Of a stretch of DNA of 64,000 nucleotides, positions 23,217 to 36,096 are shown in pieces. The DNA is from Octopus bimaculoides (taxonomy: Eukaryota), in assembly GCF_001194135.2 (NCBI RefSeq), contig NC_068991.1, positions 40,499,878 to 40,563,877 on the forward strand, read 5' to 3'. Under the pieces are notes generated by a model. That model had not been told where the DNA came from. It did no database searches and saw only the letters and a program-made list of their open reading frames with translations. Each line of letters starts with the position of its first letter. Position 1 is the first letter of the stretch. Both the position numbers and the translations under genes were made by a program.

Positions 23217-25539
23217 GTAAAGCATTTTACTTTTTTCTTCTTTAATTTGTTCTCTAATATAGAGTTTTAAAATATTTAAGTTTAATTTTTATTCTATTTT
23301 TGTAAGCTTGTAAATTATTTTAGAGTTTAAAGAAGGAGAAAAAGATATTGCATTGCATGAATTTTCATTGAGTTTTGCAATGTGAATAAAGTTTGCCTGT
23401 TCTTGAAGCTTTTAAACTAATGGGTTTTTCAATTGCTTTTCATACTAAATGAAAAATGTTCATGTAGTTATTTTCTCAGATACTGTATTCATGTTAATTA
23501 TATAGTTATTTTATAAAACAAGGATTAGTCACTTAAACTAAAAAAAAATAGTTTAAATATATTTTATTTTAGTTTAAATATTTACTCTTAACCTAAGAAG
23601 GAAAATATATATTTTGATAATTATTTACAATGAATATAATAAATTTCTTTACTCTGTTCTTTAAATTTCAGAACAATTCCTTCCTAATAGGTGCCCATTC
23701 TACATAGTTAGAAATTCCTGCAGATATAAGAGCAGTTATTTGAATTATTTCTCTTCAGTTTTCTGTTTAATTAAAATTCATTATGATTAGAATTGGCAAT
23801 ATTTAGTAAACTTCTTGTCGGTTCCTGGCTACAGATACTTTACGATACTGTCTCCTGATTTAGTTAAGGTTTACTATTTTATGTTTCTATTTCGTTATTT
23901 TAACTCAGTTTCTTGTACCTTTCAACCTCAGACTCATTTCAAATGGTTATATTTTTGTTGTAAGCTGTTTTTTTTTTTTTCCTGTTTATTTTTTTTTCCT
24001 TCCAGGTTAATTGAAAATAATTGCTGTTCATAACAGCAATCATATATTCGATTTTTTTTTTTTTTTTTTTTTTCGTAATTAAAGAATAAAATATCATTTA
24101 CTATATTGTACCTAAGTATGTGCTTGAAAGCAGGGAAGACAACAGAGGTTTCATTTTCCTTTATTTTCAGTAATTCTTAAATTACCTTTTTTAAGTATTT
24201 TACTCACATTTCGTTCATTAATGTGTCAAATTTCTGTTTCCATTCAGCTCCTCTCAGATACTAATTGACAAAATAGTTATCTTCTAAGAATTTCTTCTTT
24301 TAAATACAAATTAATACCAATTATTTTCAATAGTAATATGGTCATTACCAAACTTACTTCAAGTTATTTTAATGTTCATGAATGCATTATTTGTTAGCAA
24401 AGAAAATTATGATTCTATGACTTTCATCGTCTCATATCTTGCTATCAAATTTTATTTATTGAATTGCTTCATCACATACATATTGCTTTTTGTTGATTTT
24501 TTTTTCTTTCATATTCCTAAATTTCAGTTTACAGAGCTGAATTCTATTTTCAGTTTGGTTTTGTATTTTTTAGATATTTTTAGTATATTGGATTAAGGAC
24601 TATAGTAATTAAAACCAAATGAGTAATGATAATTATCATTGAGGAAAAAAAGCTTAAGTAAAACACCAAATTCCTGGTATTTAGATTGAGTTGTTTTTCA
24701 ATGAAGGTTTCTGTGTTGTGTCCTTTGGCAACACACTTAACTCTGCTTGCTTAGGGTTCTATTGTCTATTTAAGAAGCTGCTATTAGGATGTAGTCAATG
24801 AGCTTATTCTATTGTATCTGCATGATTCTTTATATATTATAGTAATGCTAGGTTTACAAATACATATGTAGATAAGTTTTTTTATACTTCTTTATTTATG
24901 TCTTATATGTATAGTAAATTGGCTTGCATGATTCAAAATATTTCTTTGTAAATATTACTTCAGTTAATATTTTGGCATGCAATAACTTTTTACTCCATAC
25001 AGCCTACTGAAGACTCGTAAACTTCATTGATAAAAGGTGCATTTAAAAAAAAAAAGATTATTATTATAATAGTAATAATATAACAAGTTTTCTTTATTTT
25101 TGGCTTCATCTGGAGGAAGTAGCCATGTCCATGACCTTCACAAACCATCTGAGACTAGTGAGATTGATGCAATTAATGCCCCCACCTCCCTGCCACTCTT
25201 GAATAGTTGAAGATTAATGGCTGTAAGAAAAACATGTACAAGGACAGATTTCCAGAGGGCCAACATTCTGGAGGGAAAAAAAACAACCCAGTTTACTTCA
25301 AGCCAATGAGGAAATAGCAGCCGCTCACGTTTCCCTCAAATTCCACCCTACTATCTTAAATTAGGAAAGGACACCCTAAACAATGTAGTCCTTGCTATAT
25401 ACATATACACTCATACACAAACATGGAGTAAACTGTCTGAAGGTGTTGTTTCTCCTTGTTTTAATAATGTTTTACATATATGAAATCTTTTTAGTTATAC
25501 TTGTGATGACAAATGCCACTTCAGCAAAACTGAGTTCTA

Positions 25540-26620
<1,081 letters not shown>

Positions 26621-27006
26621 GATGAATAATTTCAATATATACTCCCCTACTCATACACTTCAAATGTTAAACAGTTGATAAATATCTCTCCTGAACACTG
26701 ACCTGTGTTAGGTTTTATTCATAGAAGGGTTTTATCTCCACAATGAAAGCTTACAAAACACCTGTCAATTACAGATTGTTTTGGTAATTTTAATGACAAA
26801 GAATAATTTTTTCCATGTCCTTTTTGGTGCTAATCAAATCATTTGAGTACTTCTGTGGCTGCTAAAGAAGAAACATAAGAGTGGAACATACTTCTTTTGT
26901 TTTCCAACACTAAATTCAATGAAAATAGTTACATTTCATGAGGTCATCCTACAATGCTCATATATGAGTTGACATCTTTTATCTAATACATTATCATCAA
27001 TGAGTA

Positions 27007-27190
27007 AGGTTGTGAGCTGGCAGAATCGTTAGCTTGCTGGGTGAAATGCTTAGCAATATTTTATCCATCTTCACATTCTGAGTTCAAATTCCGCCATGGC
27101 TGACTTTGCCTTTCATCCTTTCAGGGTCGATAAAATAAGTACCAGTTGAATGCTGGGATCGATGTAATTGACTAGTCCCCTCCCACAAAA
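27007..27190 (+). mobile_element. SINE family B, near full length
   Basis: gagctggcagaatcgttag head, ctgagttcaaattcc B-box-like motif, ggtcgataaaataagtaccagttg core. Confidence 0.8.
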
Positions 27191-28297
27191 AACTGTAAAA
27201 ATGTTGGAGCAGATGCCCTGAAGTATTTGTTCTAACTCATTGCATTCTGAGTTCAAATCCAGCCATGATCTACCTTTGTGGTAGGTTTAACCCATCATCC
27301 AATTTAACATCTCCACCTGGTAGTATGTGTGCTTTTAGTGGAATCTAATTTGTTGCAAGCATTCAGGCCAGGTTTCCAATTTAACAACACCTTGCTCCTT
27401 CTCATCTGTCTCAGAAGTCATGTAAAGGGTTATGGGCACCACCTTCCCTCTCATTGAAAAATCAGAAAGAAAAACAGTATTTTCTCATTAAGGTAGTCAC
27501 TAAACCATCCCAGAATTGTAATTTAGAAGTTGAAGGGTCATACAGATATAGTTTATTCACTTACGTTTCATGAGACATCCACAACCCTGATGTAGACATG
27601 TTTTGATTTGAACAACCTGTTGCAGATAAATAGAAGACATTTAAATGATATTCTGGACTAACTTTTTTTTTCTTATTTGAGTGGAAAACCTTTTCCAGTA
27701 CAGCTAAAGGAAGACAATGTTTCATACAACTAAAAGGGGCTTCCTGTGGCTGCCTCATCTCTCAAACTATATTTGTCAACCCTTAAACATCTGAAACCAA
27801 CTTGAACATTTTCTGATATGCTGAATATCTTGGCCACAAACATCTTTGGCAGCACAATTTTCTCTTGCTTGAATCCATAAAACATATGCTCCTTATGTTT
27901 TTTTTAATTTTCTGGTGCTGCCATGTTAAGAAGTGGATTATACAATGCAAACCAAGTACCTCGGCTACAGGCAATATTTATGAATGCCATAAGATATTTC
28001 CTCTCACATTTACATCTTGAGAGTATTTAAGATTAAACAGAAGCATATATATTTTTTACCTGTCTTCAAATCTTTATTTATAGGATGACTTAACAAATAT
28101 TTGAGATTTCAGCATTAATTTTATATTTTGAATATTTATGTTTTCTTTGTTCTTTCATCTTCTTTAGATATATTTAAATTTTACCATCTTATAAAAGATC
28201 TTTATTTACAGTCTTGCAAAGATGGCAAAATTTAGATGTACCAAAATTAATATGGTATTTGATATATATATACATATGTGTGTGTGTGTGTATGTAT

Positions 28298-28818
28298 NNN
28301 NNNNNNNNNNNNNNNNNNNNNNNNNNNNNNNNNNNNNNNNNNNNNNNNNNNNNNNNNNNNNNNNNNNNNNNNNNNNNNNNNNNNNNNNNNNNNNNNNNNN
28401 NNNNNNNNNNNNNNNNNNNNNNNNNNNNNNNNNNNNNNNNNNNNNNNNNNNNNNNNNNNNNNNNNNNNNNNNNNNNNNNNNNNNNNNNNNNNNNNNNNNN
28501 NNNNNNNNNNNNNNNNNNNNNNNNNNNNNNNNNNNNNNNNNNNNNNNNNNNNNNNNNNNNNNNNNNNNNNNNNNNNNNNNNNNNNNNNNNNNNNNNNNNN
28601 NNNNNNNNNNNNNNNNNNNNNNNNNNNNNNNNNNNNNNNNNNNNNNNNNNNNNNNNNNNNNNNNNNNNNNNNNNNNNNNNNNNNNNNNNNNNNNNNNNNN
28701 NNNNNNNNNNNNNNNNNNNNNNNNNNNNNNNNNNNNNNNNNNNNNNNNNNNNNNNNNNNNNNNNNNNNNNNNNNNNNNNNNNNNNNNNNNNNNNNNNNNN
28801 NNNNNNNNNNNNNNNNNN
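28298..28818. other. Assembly gap; others at 16155..16254, 31736..31858, 47285..47316, 49907..50680, 58360..59116
   Basis: N runs, each next to a (TA)n or (TG)n array. Confidence 0.98.
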
Positions 28819-28875
<57 letters not shown>

Positions 28876-30462
28876 GTATGTATGTATGTATGTGTGTATG
28901 CATATATAATATATATATATATATTTATATATTAGAAATTATAATAGCAGTTTCTTGCCCTCAACACTAACTTATGTATTTATCATGAAACTATCAACAC
29001 GGTTGTTTTTCTTTGTTTGTCTTTTTGTTTGTTTTTCTTTCTTTGTCATAGATAAAGCATGTTTTTTTTTTTTGTAGTCATTTTCCAACAAATGAATTGC
29101 TTTTAGTTAATTTGTCCTATTTTTAATTAGTGGGAGCTGGCCCACCGAAAAGGTTTTAGAGCTGTTGTTTTATGATACTAACCATCATTTTACCGTAAGA
29201 GTTGCTGCATTTTGAAACTAATAATTTAAACTGTAATTCACTTACTCTTACTTCGTCCCTTTTATCTTTAAAAGTTTTTCTTTTTATCCTTTTTGGTTTT
29301 TTTTTTGAGTCACTGTTCAAACTTATTACCACTTTTTGGGAAGGGAATGTTCTCTTGAGAACCTTAACTTTTTACTTATTTAGATCTTCATTTTAACCAT
29401 GAGTTGTGGTTTCCTGTCATGAATCAGATATAGCCCACATAAAAAATTTTTTATAATCTTCATTAAACATTAAAAACTTGATAAGAAATAATCAATAAAA
29501 GTGGTGGGGGCATCAAACTAACCTGTTATTTAACCATATTTTCCTTCAAACACGCATAATTTCAAAAGTATTGGTATATATATATCTTAAGAATTAGTAT
29601 TTCTGGGAGTATCACTATATTTGTAAAAGGTAGATTTTATATGCCAAATATAAACTTGCAATGTTAGCCTTTCACCCTACCTGTGAATATAGTTCACTAT
29701 TGTTTACATGATATGTTTTGATTAATCATATTAACATATTGAATAATCACATTAACATATTGAAATCACTTTTACCATTACCCATAACTAATATTTTACT
29801 GAAGAAAAAATGTCATAATATTTCAAATCTTTCATTTACACTGTTTTTCATAAACTAATTAGTAGGATGGAACAAAATTAACTCTGATATACCTTGAATC
29901 ATCTTGAAAATACACTATTTCAAAATATCAATTAACAAGAGTCTTTTTTTAAAAATCACTAAAGAGGAAAAGATTTTTTTTTTTAATAAATTGAATGAAT
30001 TTATGAATGTGTGAATGAGTGAAATATTTTTCTAATCAAAGTAAAATTTATTGCAGTTAAAATTTGCAGAGCAAAACTTTTTTTGTTTTGTTTCATTTTA
30101 TTTTACCTGTAATATGATTAAGTTGCTTCTATCATTTATCATAAACTTGGCATTCTTTTACTGCCTGTAATTGATGAGACCTTTTTAGCAATGCTCCATT
30201 TATACTGGTATTTCCAGTTCTTCTGTTTTTCACTAAAAGAAAAATTATTCTTTAAGGAGATATGTTTTCTTCCTCTGTTTTTTTATCCTTTTTTCCTTTA
30301 ATTTCAATTCTCTTCAGCTTCAACAAGAAATTGGCTTTCAGACTTACCATTCTTTCCTGTTCAATGTTTTAGTAAGAAGTATTTCAAATTTCAGTTCCTC
30401 TTTTGTTTTCAGTGAAGGTATATCTATTATATCACAAATAATTATTCAATTAGTGTTTTATA

Positions 30463-30653
30463 CACACACACACACACACATTCACACAGTCATACACTAC
30501 ACATACTCACACTTATATATGTGTGTTTGTGTGTATACATATTCATATATATATATATATGTGTGTGTGCGCGCATGTGTGTATATATATTTATATATAT
30601 ATACATACATACATACATATATATATGTACCATCTGCAGATATATATGTATGT

Positions 30654-30700
<47 letters not shown>
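30463..30700. repeat. Compound (CA)/(TA)/(TG) microsatellite; similar arrays near 45130-45435, 47220-47920, 52520-52680, 58080-58360
   Basis: Direct reading; these arrays produce the YIYI/THTH ORFs. Confidence 0.95.
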
Positions 30701-33576
30701 GGATTCATTCAATTTTTACTCATTTTGCAAGTCATTAAATTCCGGCTATAATTTACTGAAATGTGTAAAAACTTACTAAGTTATCTTAGTTTTCATTGAA
30801 TGTATTATTTATTGCAAATATATTTCAATTTCTCTTTTACATGTTTTCACAAGATGTTCTTATTTATTCTGGTAATACCAATACAAGGCCATCAGTTCAT
30901 TCAGTTATTTTTAATCTGTTATCTTTACCCCACCCTCTCTCTCTCTCTCTCTCACCTGATTATTTCTCTCTCCCTCTCTCTTTTTCTCTTCTCCTCTTCT
31001 ATATCTCTCCCTTCCTCTTTTTTAATCATTTACAATTTCTGGAACCAAGATATATTATTCAGACCAAGTGTGTTTGATACAGTTCTTAGGTACTGGGTTT
31101 TGTAGAGAGAAATCCTAAAATTTCATGTTTGTTCATTCTTTTTTCTATGTGGTTACATTTCGCTACATCTCTCCCAATATATTTTCATACTTTTTTGGCT
31201 CCTTGTTTGCCATTTATCATTTGATTTTTTTCATACTGGAAATTATTGGTAATGTTGCATGACTTAACATTTTATCTTTTGAATGCTTCCTATTTTATTG
31301 CCAAAATTTGTTGCCCAAATCTATTCTCTGGTCCTTTTTAAAATTTACTCTGACAATATACTTTCACTTAGGGAACTGTTCCTTTGAACTCTCAACTGAA
31401 AATACTGTCTTATGAATTTGAAAGTCTATTGGCTGATTCCAACCATTTTTTTTTTCTTTTTACCCACACAAAGGACATGGTCAATATGTATGAATTTAAA
31501 TTTGCTTCATAAACATATATTCACATGTTTACGTATGTTGTGTAAAGAAAAGTTTTGTTGGAAAAAAAAAAAAGGCAGAATTTAGGTACACTATAAATTT
31601 ATAGTTTAGATCTTTATAATCAGTTGTTTTCCTCATCTGCTTATACAATGCCACAATTTCTTGGCATGATTTCAATAATTAAAAAGGGTACATGTATCAT
31701 GTATGTGTGTGTGTGTGTGTGTGTGTGTATGTATANNNNNNNNNNNNNNNNNNNNNNNNNNNNNNNNNNNNNNNNNNNNNNNNNNNNNNNNNNNNNNNNN
31801 NNNNNNNNNNNNNNNNNNNNNNNNNNNNNNNNNNNNNNNNNNNNNNNNNNNNNNNNNNTGATCAACAATATATTATAAAAGGAAACATTCTTTTCAATTG
31901 TTTTTCCTTAGACCTCTTACAATGCTGCAATTGTCCCGAAATGTACCTGAAGAAAAGATTAGAGGTGTTGGGAAGAGGGACGTAAATTTAGTTCTAGTTG
32001 AAAATATTGTGTTGTTATGATTTAGTTAATAATTCTTCAAGAACTAATTCTTTAAACTGTTGCAGCATCTTTGCAAAATTCAAAACAGGAAATGATTATT
32101 TATTTATATGCATCTTGAACTTCGTTGAACCTAGTCCCAACACCTAGAATTATTCATTCTACTTATGGTTGCAGTGGTGGTGAGCAAATCAAAAGTAGAT
32201 TTTCATAGCTCCCTTATCTTTCTGTTAAACCAATAGTTATTGTGCCAGTTTTATCTTGCTCCTTTCCACTATGTGTAAGTAGGAAAACCTAATAATGTTA
32301 CAAAAGGTTTATTTGTTGTTTTTTTTCAAATCCTATAGCTTAGCCAGCTATGTAATTCTTGTCAAAAGATTCTAGTCGAAGTTTTATACAAAGGCAAGAG
32401 AAAAAATAACTAACATAAAAGTTAGAAAGCTGGTAACTCAACATACACTCCTAAGCAAGAAAAAACAAAACAGTGAACCATTTTAGAAAATATTTTTAAG
32501 TAAAAGCTTTCTCTGCAAATTGTATTTTCTAATTAATGATACTCCTTCAAAATAATATTCCATATTTGAAGGTGTGTGTGTGTTGGTAGGTAAAATAAGT
32601 TTGTGAGTGAATTATTTGAATATAATAATATCTGATGTGAGGTTGATTTACTGTTACCAATCAGTGAAGGGAGGATACAGCTGTTTTTTATAAGCTGTTT
32701 AATTCGAGAGATAATGAAGAACCTTAATTCTTGCAGTTTAAAGTGTACAGTGCAGTTAGGCTCAGTTAAAATGTACTATCAAGATTGAAAGCAAATTAAT
32801 GGAAAATAATTGTGTATTTCTTTGAAGTTGGATCCATATGATCAATAATATGAGTCAGATTGTGAAAGAGTCAAATATTTCTTAGTTACATTGATATACG
32901 TTAAATTTTAGGTTAGATTACACAACTTTGATATGTAATTTATATTCCAGAAAGTATGCAACTTAAAACTTGTTTTTTAGTTTCAAAACTGAAGAATACA
33001 ATTTAAATTAACTTGAAATTCTTAAAAAAAAATCTAAATATCACGTAGTGTTATCTTAAAAACTACATCCCTAATGAAGAATTTTAAATAAAATTTAAGT
33101 TCCATAAACACTAAGATAGTTCCAGTTATTTGTTGCTAAATTTTCTTTAAATTTGGCCCATGCAAAATAAAATAAATTACTAAATATATATATATATATA
33201 TTCAACTTTTAATAATATCAAATGTAAAAATTTGATATTTTCCCAACTGGTTCATTTTGGCTTTGAATCTTTTCTTCACTGGGAGTGTATGCCTTCCTTT
33301 TTACTTAAAATAATATTTAACATCTAACTGGCATCCCATTTCTTTCTTTTTTTTATTATTGATTCTAATTTTAACTGAACATTTTGACTCCTTTTGACTT
33401 AGTTCTATAATCAGCAAATTTTTCTAGTTTCTGCTATTTTGTGGATCTGCAGCTTAAGTCGCTAGTGGTTCTTATCCAGTTGAAATAGCTTGTCTTGATT
33501 TTATACTTGTTGAAATCACCTCCAGATTAGATGAAACTTTAATGAAAACTTGGTGGTTGTTTCTTTTTTTTTTTCT

Positions 33577-33610
<34 letters not shown>

Positions 33611-34430
33611 TTTTCATTGGCACAATTTAGGTGGAATTTGCAGTCCACACTACCGTAGGTAATTAAATTATTTAAGAAAATAGATCTTGTATGTGAAGAC
33701 ACTTTTAAGTATAGTCAGAATAGTTACAACTTTTGTTTGATAGAAGGAAGCTAAAATTCCTACAGAATATATTAACTTTGTCTCAGAGGAAAAAATATTT
33801 GGTAGAGCTATTGTAAAATTAAAATTTTCCTGTCAGTATGCAATTATAAGATATGAAATTTATTAAACCTCACTTAAAATTTCAGTAATCTGGGAGAAAC
33901 AATATGTTTACTACTCAAAATAAGTTTAGAATAAGCCACATATTTTAAAATAAGGAATTGAATACCATGGTATTGAAATATTAAAATTAAATTTAGATGC
34001 GTTTTGTTTCTTCAATTTACTTGAGCAATTTTTGTGAGTATTACATGTAATTATATTGAATAATAATAATATAAAATACTTTTTAAATATTTTCAAGTTT
34101 AAATGAAGCATTTAAGCAAAAGTATTGATATTGTTAGTTACTAAACATAGATGAATCTTTAGTATTTGGAAGTAGTTTTTATTTGTTCCTTTGATAATAT
34201 TTAAAAAAAAAAACTCATTTTTATTTCTAGTTATCGTTCTTTAATGCTGACCAACTATAATATTCCAATTTATTAATGGCTGATTTGAAATGCCATCTGG
34301 AAAAAGTTAAGGTCCATCAAAAAATGGATAACTTTGAACAGTCCTCAGTTGTTAAGTTTTTTACTGCTACTACTACTGCTGTCATTGAGATGTTAACCTA
34401 AATAGCTGACTAATTTTCTTCTGTTGACAG

Positions 34431-34826
34431 CTTCGGGTAGTGCGAGCGTTTAAGAGTACTTTGGAAGACCTTGAGGAAAAACGTAGCATTCACAGTTTCC
34501 ACAGTTTACACAGCATACGTAGTTCGCGTAGCCACCCTGGGCCCCGGCCCATAAGTGAAGAGGCTTATCACCATGACCACCATTTACGATCAAGTCCACC
34601 AGAAAACCTGTATCTTAACACCCCAGAAATTGTCTCCACTCCAATAACTCCACTTGATCATCAGCCATTCAAGACAAAAAGCCAGTCATTTGAAAATGTT
34701 CCTCTGGTTGCTAAGCAACCTTCACCCATACTGGCTCCTGTTAACCAAACCCGCAAAAAGTCTCCAACAAAGACCTTCAGTCAGTCTGACATTGCCAACA
34801 CAAATATCCATGAGACTTCAATTTAG
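34431..34826 (+). CDS. ATP2B: PMCA alternative terminal exon T1 (LRVVRAFKSTLEDLEEKRSIHS...NTNIHETSI*), 131 aa
   Basis: TTTTCTTCTGTTGACAG acceptor; frame 0 completes the CaM-binding helix; class I PDZ-type end ETSI. Confidence 0.9.
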   Translation, partial: LRVVRAFKSTLEDLEEKRSIHSFHSLHSIRSSRSHPGPRPISEEAYHHDHHLRSSPPENLYLNTPEIVSTPITPLDHQPFKTKSQSFENVPLVAKQPSPILAPVNQTRKKSPTKTFSQSDIANTNIHETSI

Positions 34827-35067
34827 TAGTTTTTCATTTGTTAACAAAAGAAAAAAGTGGAAAATCTTTTCTGTGTGAATTTTTTTTTCCCCCCTTAATG
34901 GATCCAGTTAGCAGACCATAACTGATGATGGTGTTAATAATGAAGGAAAGACTCTGATAATGAGCATCTCTTTGAGGTGATAGAACGATCTGGTCGCTCC
35001 ATATTGCCACTGATCCAATCACCTCCCACATATTCCAAATGCTACCAAGTGAAACTTGTTATAAAAA

Positions 35068-35077
35068 AATAAATAAA
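35068..35077 (+). promoter_or_regulatory. Candidate polyadenylation signal for T1 (two overlapping AATAAA)
   Basis: AATAAATAAA about 240 nt after the T1 stop, with a U/GU-rich element at 35124-35137. AATAAA is common in AT-rich DNA. Confidence 0.4.
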
Positions 35078-35919
35078 AACTGTTGAAGGGACCACAGAAA
35101 CCAAAGGTCAAACTGGATTTGACTTTTTTGGGGTGTCATCATTTTGATCAAAGGATAATAGATTATTCACACAAGCTTCTGGTGCAGTGCACCTTTTTAT
35201 ATTTTCTTTCATAAGTTCCTCTTTTTTTCTTTATCTTTTTTATTATTTTGTTCAATTCAATTTTAAATGTATCTTTTTTTTTTTATTATTCTTATTATTA
35301 CTCACAATTTTTCCCCATCAGTGGATGGACTCCTGTGAATAGTGTCTAACTTTTAGTCTGATATATAACAGTAGAATAACTTATTACTAAACACTTCACT
35401 CACCTCTAACATAAACCTACCACTTCACTGCTCTTAATGAAACATTTATCAGCTGTGTTGTGATAATCCCATGTGAAGGCGATGTGTTTTTGTCAACAAT
35501 TTTCTTTCCATGATCCTCTGGTACTCTTCCCTGCATGGTATTTATGTTCATGTTTAACCCAAGATTTTATCCTTTTTTTTTTACCCAGATGATGTTGCTA
35601 TTATATGTATTTTGTTTTTTACTTTTTATTTAATTCACATTTTCCTTGCTCTTGCCTTTTTTCCTTTCCAGTTTGGAGACCTAAAATTACCATTGCTTAG
35701 AATTCAAATTTGCAAATGTGTGTCATATTAGTTCACATAGTCTTGTTTTTAGTACTGCACTAGTTTATTAGTCCAAATTTTGTTGTTGCGAAACCTTATC
35801 CTTTTGTTTTAATTATTAGAGAATGCTGCAATGTTGTTTTCCCTTGTGCTTGTATATGTTTGAACACCCTACCCTTGTTTTGTTTTGGTTTTGTTTTTGG
35901 TTTCTTTCCTGTTTTTCAG

Positions 35920-36096
35920 ATTCGTGTTGTTAATGCTTTCCGCATGGCATTAGATGCGCGTTACGATGGACATAGCCTGTCCTCGAACTATAGTTCCCAA
36001 TCACTTGAAAACCTTAGGATGAGGTACAAATTTCCAGCCAGCCCACGCATCGACGCGTCTGCTAGCACCAACCAGACCGTAGACACATCAGTTTGA
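35920..36096 (+). CDS. ATP2B: PMCA alternative terminal exon T2 (IRVVNAFRMALDARYDG...TNQTVDTSV*), 58 aa
   Basis: Long U-rich tract plus CAG; IRVVNAFR matches the PMCA b-type tail start; ends DTSV. Confidence 0.9.
   Translation: MRVVNAFRMALDARYDGHSLSSNYSSQSLENLRMRYKFPASPRIDASASTNQTVDTSV

Noticed and set aside
29154-29170. GTTTTAGAGCTGTTGTT resembles the start of a type II CRISPR repeat
   Set aside because: Single copy, no spacers or cas genes, inside a eukaryotic intron; coincidence.
30318-30417. Acceptor followed by open frame LQQEIGFQTYHSFLF...
   Set aside because: No VV.AF signature, low-complexity hydrophobic translation running into a microsatellite, and a weak donor; likely a decoy in U-rich DNA.
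34991-35000. TGGTCGCTCC as a selector for the main docking helix
   Set aside because: Only about 9 bp with a bulge and a G-U pair; indistinguishable from chance.
35589-35740. Two further polypyrimidine-CAG sites between T1 and T2 (MMLLLYVF..., FGDLKLPLL...)
   Set aside because: No similarity to CaM-binding half-sites; such tracts are frequent in this U-rich UTR/intron.
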